64,000 nt of DNA from a bacterium (GCA_050239825.1 JBFXGO010000002.1:13490-77489), one strand, 5' to 3'. Shown: positions 50,006 through 60,064, counted from the stretch's first letter. Program-made: numbers and translations. Notes: generated by a model from the sequence alone, not told the origin.

Positions 50006-51043
50006 ATGAAAAACATGCTTGAAACAGTCAAATCCCTCACTATGGCTATAGGTCCTTCAGGCGCCGAAGATTCTCTGTTTAAGGTTGTGAAGAATCTTGT
50101 CAGAGGGTTTGATGTGAGTGTCGAAAAGGACAGAATGGGAAATATAATTGTAATGAAAAAAGGAAACAGAAAGGGAAGAGTCGCCTTTTTCACACACAAT
50201 GATGAAATAGGTCTTATAGTGACTAAGATAGATAAGGATTACCTTCGCTTTACAGAGGTGGGCGGATACGATGAAAAAGTTCTTTTGGGGCAAGAGGTCA
50301 TTGTTTATGGAAAGAAAGAGATAAAGGGTATAATAGGAGCAAAACCACCGCACCTTCAGACAAAAGGAGAAAGCGATAAGTTCCTTAAATTCGAGGACTT
50401 ATACATAGATATCGCAATGAAAAACAAGGATATAGTTAAATATATATCAGTTGGAGACAGGGTGGTAATAAGAAGCGACTTTGCAGAAATGAAGCAAAAT
50501 TCAGTATGTGTGAAGGCTCTCGACAATCGTTCCTGCGGAGCAATAATACTTTACATGCTCAAGTACCTTGAGAATGTTAAGAGTCATCCGGACATTTACC
50601 TTGTTTTGAACTCTCAGGAGGAGACAACTATGACCGGGTCTAAAACCTCCGCATATAAATTGAATCCGGATGTAGCATTTGTTCTTGATGTGACATTTGC
50701 CAAACAAACCGGATATGAACAGGGATATGCTCTCGACAAAATAGGATTCGGAATGGGAGCAAATATCTGCAAGAGAATCTTTGATTTTGTCAGAAAAAGC
50801 GCAGATGAAAACAATATCCAGTATTTTATAGAGCCGCTTCCTTCAATGTCAGGCACTGACGCCTATGCTGTGCAGACTGTAAAGAGGGGAGTGACCACAA
50901 TGCTGATATCTCTTCCCATAAGAAATATGCACTCTCCTGTTGAAATAGCCAGCACCAAGACAATGGAGGATGCTTCAAAATTCCTCTCACTTCTTATGGC
51001 AACAATCAAGACGGAAGATTTCAAAGAAAGAATATTAAAATAA
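50006..51043 (+). CDS. M42 family aminopeptidase (copy 1)
   Basis: PSGAE, HNDEIG, ALDNR, QEE, GTDA, MHSPVE. Confidence 0.9.
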   Translation: MKNMLETVKSLTMAIGPSGAEDSLFKVVKNLVRGFDVSVEKDRMGNIIVMKKGNRKGRVAFFTHNDEIGLIVTKIDKDYLRFTEVGGYDEKVLLGQEVIVYGKKEIKGIIGAKPPHLQTKGESDKFLKFEDLYIDIAMKNKDIVKYISVGDRVVIRSDFAEMKQNSVCVKALDNRSCGAIILYMLKYLENVKSHPDIYLVLNSQEETTMTGSKTSAYKLNPDVAFVLDVTFAKQTGYEQGYALDKIGFGMGANICKRIFDFVRKSADENNIQYFIEPLPSMSGTDAYAVQTVKRGVTTMLISLPIRNMHSPVEIASTKTMEDASKFLSLLMATIKTEDFKERILK

Positions 51044-51052
51044 GGAAAAAAA

Positions 51053-52063
51053 ATGAACATCCTACTTAAAAAACTCACAGAAGCAAGCGGAGTCTCCGGA
51101 TGCGAGGATTCTGTGCGCGATATAATCATTGAAGAGATTAAACCATTCTGCGATTCCCTTAAAATAGATAAGATGGGAAACCTTATAGCATTCAAAAAAG
51201 GGGCTCTTTCAAAGAAAAAGAAAATAATGCTCGGAGCGCACATGGATGAGGTCGGATTCATGATAAAATCGATTGATGAAAACGGAGCTCTTAAGTTCAT
51301 GACCGCAGGTTCAATAGACCGGAGGGTTTTGATAGGAAAGAGAGTTCTTGTTGGAAAGGACCGTATCCCGGGCGCAATAGCGTATAAAGCTGTTCACAAT
51401 CAGCGCGAAGAGTATGAGGTTCTGCCGAAAGTTGAACAGCTTTCAATAGACATCGGCTGTTCTGACAAAAAAGAGACAGAAAAATTTGTTTCGATCGGCG
51501 ACTATGCTGTCTTTGACACAAAATATGAAGAGCGCGGAGACATCTTGAAAGGAAAGGCGTTTGATGACAGATTCGGTTGTTATGCCATTATTGAAATTTT
51601 CAAGAAAAAGCACAAGCACGATATTTACGGCGCATTCTTCGTACAGGAAGAGGTTGGACTGCGCGGTTCCGCTCCATCAGCGGCTTTTATTGAACCCGAC
51701 TATGCAATCGTGCTGGAGGGGACATCAGCCGCAGATATGCCGCATGAAAGAGATGAGGCGGATTTTCCGCAGATGCAGAAAGGGGTTGTAGTGACAATTT
51801 CAGACAGAACCTTCTTTGCCAATAGAAATTTTCTTTCTCTTGTTCAAAAAACCGCCAAAGAAAACAGAATAAAGTTTCAGTTCAAACAACCGCAGGTGGG
51901 CGGCACAGATGCAGGTATGATACATGTCTCAAACGGCGGTATAATGACGATGGTATTTGCTGTGCCTTCAAGGTATATACACTCCCCTGTTTGTTTTGCT
52001 TCAAGGGCAGATTTGGAAAGCATGATTCAGTTGACAATGAAAACTATTAACACAATAAAATAG
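51053..52063 (+). CDS. M42 family aminopeptidase (copy 2)
   Basis: AHMDEVG, AFDDRFG, QEEVGLRG, GGTDAG, YIHSP. Confidence 0.92.
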   Translation: MNILLKKLTEASGVSGCEDSVRDIIIEEIKPFCDSLKIDKMGNLIAFKKGALSKKKKIMLGAHMDEVGFMIKSIDENGALKFMTAGSIDRRVLIGKRVLVGKDRIPGAIAYKAVHNQREEYEVLPKVEQLSIDIGCSDKKETEKFVSIGDYAVFDTKYEERGDILKGKAFDDRFGCYAIIEIFKKKHKHDIYGAFFVQEEVGLRGSAPSAAFIEPDYAIVLEGTSAADMPHERDEADFPQMQKGVVVTISDRTFFANRNFLSLVQKTAKENRIKFQFKQPQVGGTDAGMIHVSNGGIMTMVFAVPSRYIHSPVCFASRADLESMIQLTMKTINTIK

Positions 52064-52073
52064 AGGTGAATAG

Positions 52074-53081
52074 ATGAAAACAATTATTCGCACCCTGACA
52101 GAAATTATAGGACCCTCTTCTTATGAAGAGCTTGTAGCTGATGCAATAGAGAAAATGCTCAAAAAAAACAGAAAGCTGGAGATAAAGAGAGATGTCATGG
52201 GCAATCTTATAGCCAGAAGAAAAGGAAATGGCAAAAAAATAATGCTTGCCGCGCACATGGATGAAATAGGTTTTATGGTGAAACATATAGACAAGAATGG
52301 ATTTCTCCGCTTTGCGGTTGTGGGTGGGATCTTCAACCACAACATTATTGAAAATCATGTGAAATTTACAAACGGCGTAGAGGGCGTAATTGGCGTGGAA
52401 TCTAAAACATTCAACTGGAAGGATATACCCGCGGCGGAGAAGATGTTCATAGACATTGGAGCAAAGAGCAAAACAGAGGCGGAGAAGCTTGTTTCCATAG
52501 GATCTCTTGCCGGTATGAAGGCCTCTTTTGTCGATATGGGAAAGAGAATTTCAACAAAGACTCTTGATGACAGAATAGGCTGTGCAATGCTGGTGGAGCT
52601 TGCTCTTCAGAATATAAAGGGAAACAATGACATTTACTTTGTGTTTACGACACAGGAAGAGGTGGGGCTTCGCGGAGCAAAGACATCTGCATTTGGAATC
52701 TCGCCTGACTTTGCGGTCGCTATTGATGTGACAGATACGGGAGACACTCCGGAATCGCACATAATGGAGGTCTCTCTTGGAAAGGGACCGGCGATAAAGG
52801 TTATGGATTCCGGCATGGTTGTAAGGAAACCTGTTATTGATTTTATGAAGGATTCTGCGGAAAAAAACAAAATTCCCTATCAGCTTGAGATTCTGACTGC
52901 AGGGTCAACAGATGCTATGGTGATGCAGACAAACAAAGATGGAGTTCTTGCCGGAGTCATCTCTGTTCCCACAAGATATATTCATTCACAGGCGGAGATG
53001 TGCGACATGGATGATGTTGAAAACGGAATTAAACTTTTAAAGGCAATGGTGGAAGCAGACATAGCAAAAAGGATAATGTAA
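52074..53081 (+). CDS. M42 family aminopeptidase (copy 3)
   Basis: AHMDEIG, LDDRIG, QEEVGLRGA, STDA, RYIHS. Confidence 0.92.
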   Translation: MKTIIRTLTEIIGPSSYEELVADAIEKMLKKNRKLEIKRDVMGNLIARRKGNGKKIMLAAHMDEIGFMVKHIDKNGFLRFAVVGGIFNHNIIENHVKFTNGVEGVIGVESKTFNWKDIPAAEKMFIDIGAKSKTEAEKLVSIGSLAGMKASFVDMGKRISTKTLDDRIGCAMLVELALQNIKGNNDIYFVFTTQEEVGLRGAKTSAFGISPDFAVAIDVTDTGDTPESHIMEVSLGKGPAIKVMDSGMVVRKPVIDFMKDSAEKNKIPYQLEILTAGSTDAMVMQTNKDGVLAGVISVPTRYIHSQAEMCDMDDVENGIKLLKAMVEADIAKRIM

Positions 53082-53837
53082 TTGAAGAGACCGCATACGA
53101 TTATTTACATAACTCCCGACGGAAAAGTGAAGAAGCAGTTCTCTGTGAGCCAAACTCTTTTCAAAGTAATTACCGGATCAATAGCCGCTCTTCTTCTTAT
53201 TGTAATAGTTTCGCTAATATTTGTGGGAAGCGTCTATTCTGATGCAATCCAGAAGAGGGTCTATGCAGACAAAGTGAAGAAGATGGAAGAAGAGATGAAG
53301 AAAATAGAAAAGCTGAAGCAGGATATACTCTACCTATATGACAGGAGCGAAAAGATAAAAGAACTTTTGGGTATAGATATTCAGAATGTCATACTGAGGT
53401 CTCACTATGATGAAACAAGGCGCGTGACTATAGATTCAATTGTTACAAAGGAATCTCTGACAAATACGGAAAACTCTGTTCCGGATGTTAATCCGACAGA
53501 CGGAGAGATATCAAGAAAGTTTTCAAAAGAACATCCTGCAATAGATATTGCCACATCGTCCGGCTCTCCCGTTGTTGCAACGATTGACGGAACAGTTAAA
53601 GCTGTGGGCTGGGATGAGAATTTCGGCAATTACATAAAAATAAGCAACAAAGGATTTGAAGTTTTTTACGGGCATCTTGAAAAAATCTATGTAAAGAATC
53701 TTCAGAATGTTAAAAAAGGAGAAATCGTCGGGCTTGTCGGAAATTCAGGAAAATCAACGGCTCCGCATCTTCATTATGAGATAATCTCTGACACCTCGCT
53801 TGTGGACCCGGAAAACTTTTTGACAAAAAAGAAGTAA
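53082..53837 (+). CDS. M23 family metallopeptidase
   Basis: TM and coiled coil; HPAID, YGHL, STAPHLHYE. Confidence 0.92.
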   Translation: MKRPHTIIYITPDGKVKKQFSVSQTLFKVITGSIAALLLIVIVSLIFVGSVYSDAIQKRVYADKVKKMEEEMKKIEKLKQDILYLYDRSEKIKELLGIDIQNVILRSHYDETRRVTIDSIVTKESLTNTENSVPDVNPTDGEISRKFSKEHPAIDIATSSGSPVVATIDGTVKAVGWDENFGNYIKISNKGFEVFYGHLEKIYVKNLQNVKKGEIVGLVGNSGKSTAPHLHYEIISDTSLVDPENFLTKKK

Positions 53838-53853
53838 ATAAAGGAGAGTATTT

Positions 53854-54216
53854 ATGGAAAAATCAACAGTTGGAATTACGAACATCATCGGAGAGGGAAC
53901 TGAGATCAACGGTAAAGTGTTTGTGCCCGGTTCTGTCAGAATAGACGGCAGGGTGGATGGAGAAATGTCAATAACAGAGATGATGACTGTGGGAAGAAGC
54001 GGAAACCTTAAAGGAACAATTACAACAAAAGATGCCGTGGTCGGAGGAAGAATTGAGGGCACTCTTAATGTGAAAAACAGAATAGAGCTTCAGAAGACGG
54101 CAAAGGTCTCTGTTGATATGAACTGCAAGTTTTTGGTTATTGAAGAGGGTGTTGTCTTTGACGGAACATGCTCTATGACCAAACAATCGGACAAACAAGA
54201 GCCGGTGAAACACTGA
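53854..54216 (+). CDS. Bactofilin (polymer-forming cytoskeletal protein)
   Basis: IIGEGTEING...VRIDGRVDG...IEEGVVFDGTCSM; follows an M23 gene. Confidence 0.92.
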   Translation: MEKSTVGITNIIGEGTEINGKVFVPGSVRIDGRVDGEMSITEMMTVGRSGNLKGTITTKDAVVGGRIEGTLNVKNRIELQKTAKVSVDMNCKFLVIEEGVVFDGTCSMTKQSDKQEPVKH

Positions 54217-54221
54217 ATGGT

Positions 54222-55043
54222 GTGTTAAAAAAGAACTTTTTATTCTTTCTTTTGGCTCTTGCCATGCTCTCCTCATGCGGCAAGAAGCTTCCGCCTCCTT
54301 CGCCGGATATCTTTCCCGCAAAGGTTCTTCTCGGATACTATATCCCCAATTCTCAGATAAGGGTGGATTTCAATGAGAATCTTTACTCTTCATTTGATTC
54401 GGCATACTGCCAGATAAACGAAGAGAGGTTCCCCGTAAATGGTTATGTGAAATCAAAATCCGTATTCATAAATTATGATTTTGACTCCTCGGCAGAGTAT
54501 CTTGACTTGTTTGGAGTGCAGGATGAAAAGAAAAATAAAAGAGATTATCTTTCAATAAAGATAGGTGGAAAAGTTCAAAAGGATACAATGCCTCCTGAGA
54601 TAATAAAGCAGGTTCTTTCCGATTCCACTCTTCTTTTGGAGTTTTCGGAGGATATCTTTTCGTGTTCTCTTGAACTTCTTCCGGAGTATGTCTCATACTC
54701 ATACTCTGTTGTAAAAAATAAGGTAATTGCGAAATATTTTGACACTCTCGGATTTTATCCTCTGCAGATGTTCGTTTCAAAGGCGGAGGATTCGAGAAAA
54801 AATAATATTAAGGCGCCGATAGAACACAGGTTTGTTGATTTTTCGGATTCCGCCTCCTTTGTCAGCCTCAGGATAGATTCCGTAGGAGAATTCAAGACAT
54901 TGATTCTGATTGATGCGGATTCTTCAATCATTTTCAAGAAAAATTCCGGATTGTCTCAATATGTTCTCTTCGACAATTTAAAACAGGGAAGATATGAGGT
55001 TTGTGGAGATTCGTTTTTTCTTGATACTCTTCTGTTAAAATAA
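54222..55043 (+). CDS. Hypothetical lipoprotein with Ig-like segments (likely start GTG 54222)
   Basis: Lipobox LSSC then GKKLPPPSPD; DFNE, DTMPP, EFSE motifs. Confidence 0.65.
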   Translation: MLKKNFLFFLLALAMLSSCGKKLPPPSPDIFPAKVLLGYYIPNSQIRVDFNENLYSSFDSAYCQINEERFPVNGYVKSKSVFINYDFDSSAEYLDLFGVQDEKKNKRDYLSIKIGGKVQKDTMPPEIIKQVLSDSTLLLEFSEDIFSCSLELLPEYVSYSYSVVKNKVIAKYFDTLGFYPLQMFVSKAEDSRKNNIKAPIEHRFVDFSDSASFVSLRIDSVGEFKTLILIDADSSIIFKKNSGLSQYVLFDNLKQGRYEVCGDSFFLDTLLLK

Positions 55044-55088
55044 AAAGAGGGCGGTATGCCCCCTTTTATTCTTTAATAACCAAACTTC

Positions 55089-55625
55089 TTAATAATTTTC
55101 AACAAACAGTTCGAAGAATGCCTTCGGATGTTTGCAGACCGGACAAATATCGGGAGCCTCTGTTCCCTCATGAATATGCCCGCAATTTCTGCATTTCCAG
55201 TAGACCTTCTTCGCGTTTTTGAAGACAACTTTCTTCTCTACGCTATCGAGAAGCTTTCTGTATCTCGTCTCATGGTCTTTCTCGACGCTTCCTATAGCTT
55301 CGAACATTTTTGCTATTTCTTCAAATCCCTCTTCTCTAGCCTCTGCCGCCATCTTGGGATACATTTCCTTGGTTTCAAAATTTTCTCCATCCGCCGCCGC
55401 CTTCAAATTGTCTGTTGTTGTTCCGATTCCGCTCAATGCCTTGAAATGAAGTTTTGCATGCTCCTTCTCATTTTCGGCTGTTTCGAGGAATATTCCGGCA
55501 ATCTGCTCATACCCCTCCTTCTTCGCCACTGAAGCAAAATATGTATATTTGTTTCTCGCCATTGATTCGCCGGCAAATGCGTCATGAAGATTCTTCTCTG
55601 TTTTTGATCCTTTTAATTCTTTCAT
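55089..55625 (-). CDS. rbr: Rubrerythrin
   Basis: AFAGESMARNKY, EKEHA, EKDHE, CRNCG...CPVC. Confidence 0.95.
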   Translation of the reverse strand: MKELKGSKTEKNLHDAFAGESMARNKYTYFASVAKKEGYEQIAGIFLETAENEKEHAKLHFKALSGIGTTTDNLKAAADGENFETKEMYPKMAAEAREEGFEEIAKMFEAIGSVEKDHETRYRKLLDSVEKKVVFKNAKKVYWKCRNCGHIHEGTEAPDICPVCKHPKAFFELFVENY

Positions 55626-55675
55626 CTTACCTCCGATTGAATTAGTTTTTACCGAGGATATTTAAAGTTATCTCC

Positions 55676-56062
55676 TTAAGCCTTCCAAAGCATATGTTTG
55701 TTGCAGTATTCGCGCACCTCTTTTATTTCTGATTTTTTTATGTTGAACATTGCCGACGGATTATCTCCCGGCTTGAGTTCGTGCCTTAATACATCGCGCT
55801 CCGTGAGAACTTCTATGAAGACTATGTAATGATCATTCTCCATAGGATGGGCAACCGAACCAATCTTTACAATGATCTTATCTTCACCCAGTTCTTCAAT
55901 AACCGGAGTGTGCTTCTCTTTTCCTTCATCTCCGCTCTTTGCGGTGAGTTTGTTCATCGGTTTTCCGCAGCACACAAGAGCCGGGGCTCCTGTATTGACA
56001 ACCTCAATTACATTTCCGCAAATTTCACAGCGGTAAATTTCCCTGAGTTCTGTTTTTGCCAT
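55676..56062 (-). CDS. dfx: Desulfoferrodoxin (2Fe superoxide reductase)
   Basis: CEICGN...CCG, EKHTP, HPMENDHYI, CNKH. Confidence 0.95.
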   Translation of the reverse strand: MAKTELREIYRCEICGNVIEVVNTGAPALVCCGKPMNKLTAKSGDEGKEKHTPVIEELGEDKIIVKIGSVAHPMENDHYIVFIEVLTERDVLRHELKPGDNPSAMFNIKKSEIKEVREYCNKHMLWKA

Positions 56063-56071
56063 AAATCCTCC

Positions 56072-56560
56072 TTATTCTCTTGTTCCCAATTGTTTATCCA
56101 GCATGAGGAGTCCGTTTGCGGAATCTTTAATCTTTACAAGCATTTTTACTATGCGGTCAAAAGATGCCTCCTCCTCGACCTGTTCATCGACATACCACCT
56201 TAAGAAGGACTCTGATGCATAATCATTTTCATTTTTAGCGAGAGTCATAAGAGTTGAAATGTTCCTTGTAACTGTAAGTTCGTGATTGTATGCGTATTTG
56301 AAGACATCAAGAGCATCTTTGAAGCTGTTTTTGGGAGCATCTAATTTCTGAAGCTCAACCGAAGCTCCTCTTTCATAGAGAAAATCCAAAAACTTCATTG
56401 CATGCGAATGCTCCTCTTTTGCCTGAATCATCATCCATCTTGCGAAGCCGTCAAGGTTCTCGCCTTTGAAAAAGGCGGCCATCTGCATGTAAAGATATTC
56501 AGAGAACAACTCCCTCTGAATTTGGTCATTTACCTCTTTGACCATTTTTTTACTGATCAT
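56072..56560 (-). CDS. ftn: Non-heme ferritin
   Basis: ELFSEYLY, EEHSHA, HE, WYVDEQVEEE. Confidence 0.93.
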   Translation of the reverse strand: MISKKMVKEVNDQIQRELFSEYLYMQMAAFFKGENLDGFARWMMIQAKEEHSHAMKFLDFLYERGASVELQKLDAPKNSFKDALDVFKYAYNHELTVTRNISTLMTLAKNENDYASESFLRWYVDEQVEEEASFDRIVKMLVKIKDSANGLLMLDKQLGTRE

Positions 56561-57719
56561 TTATAACTCCTTTTAAATTGTTTTTTATCTTATTCAAGGA
56601 ATCCTCTGTCGGCACAAATTGATGTTTGATTGATTCCAGCATTTCAAAGCCGCAGTTTTTGAGAGACTCTTCAACTTGTTTTATTGATTCTCCACCCCAG
56701 CCGTAGGAACCGAAAGCAAGCCCCTTTCTTCTTTTTGGAGAGAGTCCGTTAAGATATGTCAAAAATCCGCTCACCGATGGAAGCATGTTTTTGTTGAGAG
56801 TGGGAGACCCGACAGCGATTATCTCTGAATCCAAAATCTCAGTCATCACATCTGACATGTGGAAGGTTTTGAGGTTGCATAAAACAACCTTGTATCCCTT
56901 CTCTTCAAATGCCTCGTAAATTTTGTACGCGATTTTCTTTGTGGAGTTCCACATTGTGTCGTAGATTATCACAGCTTTTCTGATTGTTTTGTTATCCGAC
57001 CAGTCCGAATATTCTCTTAAAAGAGCATCTATTGATTTTCTCCACATTATTCCGTGGCTTGGACATATCATCTTGATTTCCAAAGGCGACAAGGCAGAGA
57101 GTGCATTCTTTACCTGCTGAGAATATGGGAGAACTATGTTTGCATAGTATTTTTTTGCCTGTTTCAATACTTCATCAACCGACACTTCATCGTCAAACCT
57201 TTCGAATGATGCAAAATGCTGTCCGAAAGAATCATTTGAAAAGAGAATCTTCTCTTTCTCAATATATGAAACCATATTGTCAGGCCAATGAACCATCGGA
57301 GTCTGGTAAAATTTTACTTTGAATTCTCCTGTTTCAAGAACATCTTGGCTTTTTACTGTGTTGTATTTTATATCTCTAAAAAAATGGTTCTTAAGCCCCT
57401 TTTCTCCCTGAGGGCAGGTGATGACATCTGCATCCTTGGCTATGTCGAGAATTAAAGGTATTGAGCCTGAGTGGTCCATCTCCACATGATTGGATATGAT
57501 GTGTTTTATCTCTTTCGGGTCAATCAGCTCTTTTATTCTTGACAGCATTTCATCAAATTTATAGTGTTTTACCGTATCTATGAGTGTTGGTTCTCTATCA
57601 AGGAGAAGGTACGCATTGTATGTTGATCCCATCTCTGTGGTATAGCCGTGGAAATCCCTTAAATCCCAGTCTATTGCACCAACCCAGTAAATTTTTTCTG
57701 CTATTTTGACAGGTTTCAT
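56550..57719 (-). CDS. fprA: Flavodiiron protein (FprA, O2/NO reductase)
   Basis: HVEMDHSG, HWPD, SNDSFGQH, PSHG, FGSYGWGG. Confidence 0.95.
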   Translation of the reverse strand: MKPVKIAEKIYWVGAIDWDLRDFHGYTTEMGSTYNAYLLLDREPTLIDTVKHYKFDEMLSRIKELIDPKEIKHIISNHVEMDHSGSIPLILDIAKDADVITCPQGEKGLKNHFFRDIKYNTVKSQDVLETGEFKVKFYQTPMVHWPDNMVSYIEKEKILFSNDSFGQHFASFERFDDEVSVDEVLKQAKKYYANIVLPYSQQVKNALSALSPLEIKMICPSHGIMWRKSIDALLREYSDWSDNKTIRKAVIIYDTMWNSTKKIAYKIYEAFEEKGYKVVLCNLKTFHMSDVMTEILDSEIIAVGSPTLNKNMLPSVSGFLTYLNGLSPKRRKGLAFGSYGWGGESIKQVEESLKNCGFEMLESIKHQFVPTEDSLNKIKNNLKGVINDQ

Positions 57720-58432
57720 CAGCTCTCCGGAGTAAACTCAGATTTGCCCGCTCCGCATATCGGACATACCCAGTCTTCAGGGATCTTTTCAAACGGAGTG
57801 CCGGGTTCGATTCCACTGTCCGGGTCGCCCTTCTCTGGGTCATAAACATATCCGCAGACATCACATTTATACTTTTTCAAAACTGCCTCCTTTTTTTCTT
57901 CTTTTCTTGCTTCGGCTTGATATGTGGGCGCATTCTTTGGAGATTTTCCATTCTTTACCAAATGATAAAATGAGTAGGTCATCATATTCGCATTTGAATA
58001 AACCTCAGCATCCAAAATCTCTCCGATGAAAATCGTGTGTGTGTTGACATCAATCTTTTGAATAATCTTGAAATCAAGCCCGGCAACAGAATAGTCTGTA
58101 ACAATGGGAGCCCCTGTTGCCAGAGTTTTATATTTTATGCTTTCGAATTTGTTTATCTCCCTGCCGGATTTGAATCCGAAATTTCCTATGAATTGCATCG
58201 TAGCATCTTCCGATATGACCGACACTCCGAAAATGCCGCTCTTATCTATATACTCGTGCGTCAGATTGAGTTTGTTTATCGAGACTGCCACTGTTGCCGG
58301 CTCGGATGTTATCTGAAAGAGTGTGTTTGCAATCTGTCCGTTGATTTTATCATTTAACTTTGATGAAACAACATACATTCCATAAGAAACTTTAAAAAGC
58401 GCGCTCTTGTCCACTATTCCTCCTCTTTGCAT
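57719..58432 (-). CDS. High-molecular-weight rubredoxin (flavin reductase plus rubredoxin; likely start GTG near 58414)
   Basis: SYGMYVV, FGFKSGR, THTIFIG; C-terminal [10 protein letters not shown]...WVCPICG. Confidence 0.92.
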   Translation of the reverse strand: MQRGGIVDKSALFKVSYGMYVVSSKLNDKINGQIANTLFQITSEPATVAVSINKLNLTHEYIDKSGIFGVSVISEDATMQFIGNFGFKSGREINKFESIKYKTLATGAPIVTDYSVAGLDFKIIQKIDVNTHTIFIGEILDAEVYSNANMMTYSFYHLVKNGKSPKNAPTYQAEARKEEKKEAVLKKYKCDVCGYVYDPEKGDPDSGIEPGTPFEKIPEDWVCPICGAGKSEFTPES

Positions 58433-58836
58433 TTTTTACAAACACCGTAAAGGTATATCTCTTCGCTTTCAACTCTGTGTTCTGCGTTTTTTATCTTTGG
58501 CGATGCGGAAAATATGTCATAAACAGCTCCGCACTTTGTGCATTTGAAGTGCATGTGATTTGATGTGTCAATGTCGAATCTGACGAGAGATCCCTCTATG
58601 AAGAGTCTTCTCGCCATTCCGTTGTCTGCGAAAAGTTTCAACGTGCTGTACACCGTTGTGCGCGAAAGCGTCGGAATCTCTCCGACAAGATCAAGATAGA
58701 CCGTCTCGGCAGAAGGATGAATGCGGTGCTTCATAAGATACTCGTAAATTTTGATTCTTTGAAAAGAAGGAGATATGCCCTTGCTTAGAAGCATATCCTT
58801 TATCTCATCCGAATAAATCTTATTCTCTCTTTTCAT
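58414..58836 (-). CDS. Fur-family regulator, PerR-like
   Basis: [31 protein letters not shown]; within the oxidative-stress operon. Confidence 0.9.
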   Translation of the reverse strand: MKRENKIYSDEIKDMLLSKGISPSFQRIKIYEYLMKHRIHPSAETVYLDLVGEIPTLSRTTVYSTLKLFADNGMARRLFIEGSLVRFDIDTSNHMHFKCTKCGAVYDIFSASPKIKNAEHRVESEEIYLYGVCKKCKEEE

Positions 58837-59468
58837 TTGAAGACCCTCCCTGCCTCCTTGTACCAGAGTACAAAATCAAGGTGGCTCATGGGAATATTGA
58901 TTTTGCCCGAAAATGAAACCATTTTCTCTTCAATGGCAAGGTATAATTTTTTTGTAATAACTTTTGGCACTTCTTTGATTATACCCAACAATTTGAGATT
59001 TTTCAAGATGTGTCTGTCAAGAATTGCAAGTTTTTCTCCATAGCCAATATTTCGCAGAAAATGGCTTGCCTCTTTGAATCCAATACCTTTTATGTTTTTG
59101 ACGAGATACTCCCGCATCTCTTTTGGCTCCTTGACTTTCAGCATCTCCTTTAATAATCCATCATTCCACATCTTCTGCGCCTCTTCGAAATACTTTGACT
59201 TGTTGTTTTTAAATCTGACTTTATTCAGGTGCTTTACAATTTCAAAACTTTTATGATCCTTGCGCTTGCTCTTTTTTATTGAGCATATTGCTTCCCAGCA
59301 GGAGATGGCCTTTGACTGCGGAGTAAGGATGCAGAATCCGAGTTCGTAAAAAAGTTCATCCTTCGGCATATCTCTGCCGGTTATTTCAAATTCCTTCATT
59401 CGCGACTCTATTTCAGGTTTTATCCGGGCATAAATATCAATTATTTCTTTCAAAAGCGCTTTATTCAT
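58833..59468 (-). CDS. ogg: 8-oxoguanine N-glycosylase/AP lyase (Thermotoga/archaeal Ogg type)
   Basis: ELGFCILTPQS, VRF.NNK, KGIGFKEASHFLRNIG, ILDRH, LDFVLWY, terminal VFK. Confidence 0.9.
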   Translation of the reverse strand: MNKALLKEIIDIYARIKPEIESRMKEFEITGRDMPKDELFYELGFCILTPQSKAISCWEAICSIKKSKRKDHKSFEIVKHLNKVRFKNNKSKYFEEAQKMWNDGLLKEMLKVKEPKEMREYLVKNIKGIGFKEASHFLRNIGYGEKLAILDRHILKNLKLLGIIKEVPKVITKKLYLAIEEKMVSFSGKINIPMSHLDFVLWYKEAGRVFK

Positions 59469-59475
59469 TTTTAAT

Positions 59476-59490
59476 TTGTAATTATTACAA
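59476..59490. promoter_or_regulatory. Per/Fur-type 7-1-7 operator
   Basis: Perfect TTGTAAT-T-ATTACAA between the promoter and the ogg start; the Bacillus Per box is TTATAAT-N-ATTATAA. Confidence 0.75.
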
Positions 59491-59500
59491 TTTCAAACCA

Positions 59501-59528
59501 ATTATAATTCAAACAATTGATTTGTCAA
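59501..59528 (-). promoter_or_regulatory. Consensus sigma-70 promoter of the oxidative-stress operon
   Basis: Minus strand TTGACA-16 nt-TATAAT. Confidence 0.8.
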
Positions 59529-59555
59529 GTGCGCAAATTAAAAGAGGAAAATCTT

Positions 59556-59723
59556 TTACAGCACGAAAACAAAAAGAATATGCAGTATTCCGAATACTAA
59601 AGCAAGTCCTGCGAGTAGTTTGTGATGAAATATTTTCAGCTGAAGCTTTCTCATGAACATTCCTGCCGCCATTGAAAATACCATAAAGACGAATGTTGTT
59701 ATTCCGGTCAAAATTTCCATCAT
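59556..59723 (-). CDS. 55-aa two-helix membrane protein (missing from the ORF track)
   Basis: MMEILTGITTFVFMVFSMAAGMFMRKLQLKIFHHKLLAGLALVFGILHILFVFVL; ATGA overlap with the upstream gene; GGAGG upstream. Confidence 0.7.
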   Translation of the reverse strand: MMEILTGITTFVFMVFSMAAGMFMRKLQLKIFHHKLLAGLALVFGILHILFVFVL

Positions 59724-60064
59724 TTTTCTCCTCCTGATGAGAGTTTTGTTTTTTTGCCTCCGAATATGTTGCAGGATGCTGAAATTTCAACTGATGTATC
59801 CGTCTGTGAAGGTGCATAAAGAAAATATGCCTCCTCAAACTCTTTGCTTGATTGTCTGGAGAACCTCTCGTCTATGAGGTCCTTTCCATTCACAATCAGC
59901 TTTATTGATTTTATATAGTGGGCGGTTACAGAAGGAACATTGTGATAAACTTTTACATAGAGCAGGTTAAGTGAATCATTGATTGTCAAGTCAATAGAGG
60001 ATGGTCCGTGTGCAAATAGAGTCAGGGATGTAATTAAAAAAAGCGCGCATAAAGCAATCTTCAT
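59720..60064 (-). CDS. Exported protein resembling the superoxide reductase Fe-binding domain
   Basis: Signal peptide ending LFA|HGP; VYHNV...AHYIKSI...SCNIFG, compared with HPM...HYI...CNKH in Dfx. Confidence 0.65.
   Translation of the reverse strand: MKIALCALFLITSLTLFAHGPSSIDLTINDSLNLLYVKVYHNVPSVTAHYIKSIKLIVNGKDLIDERFSRQSSKEFEEAYFLYAPSQTDTSVEISASCNIFGGKKTKLSSGGEK

Noticed and set aside
59509..59838. 109-aa ORF from the track
   Set aside because: Overlaps two better-supported genes in other frames and runs into the promoter.
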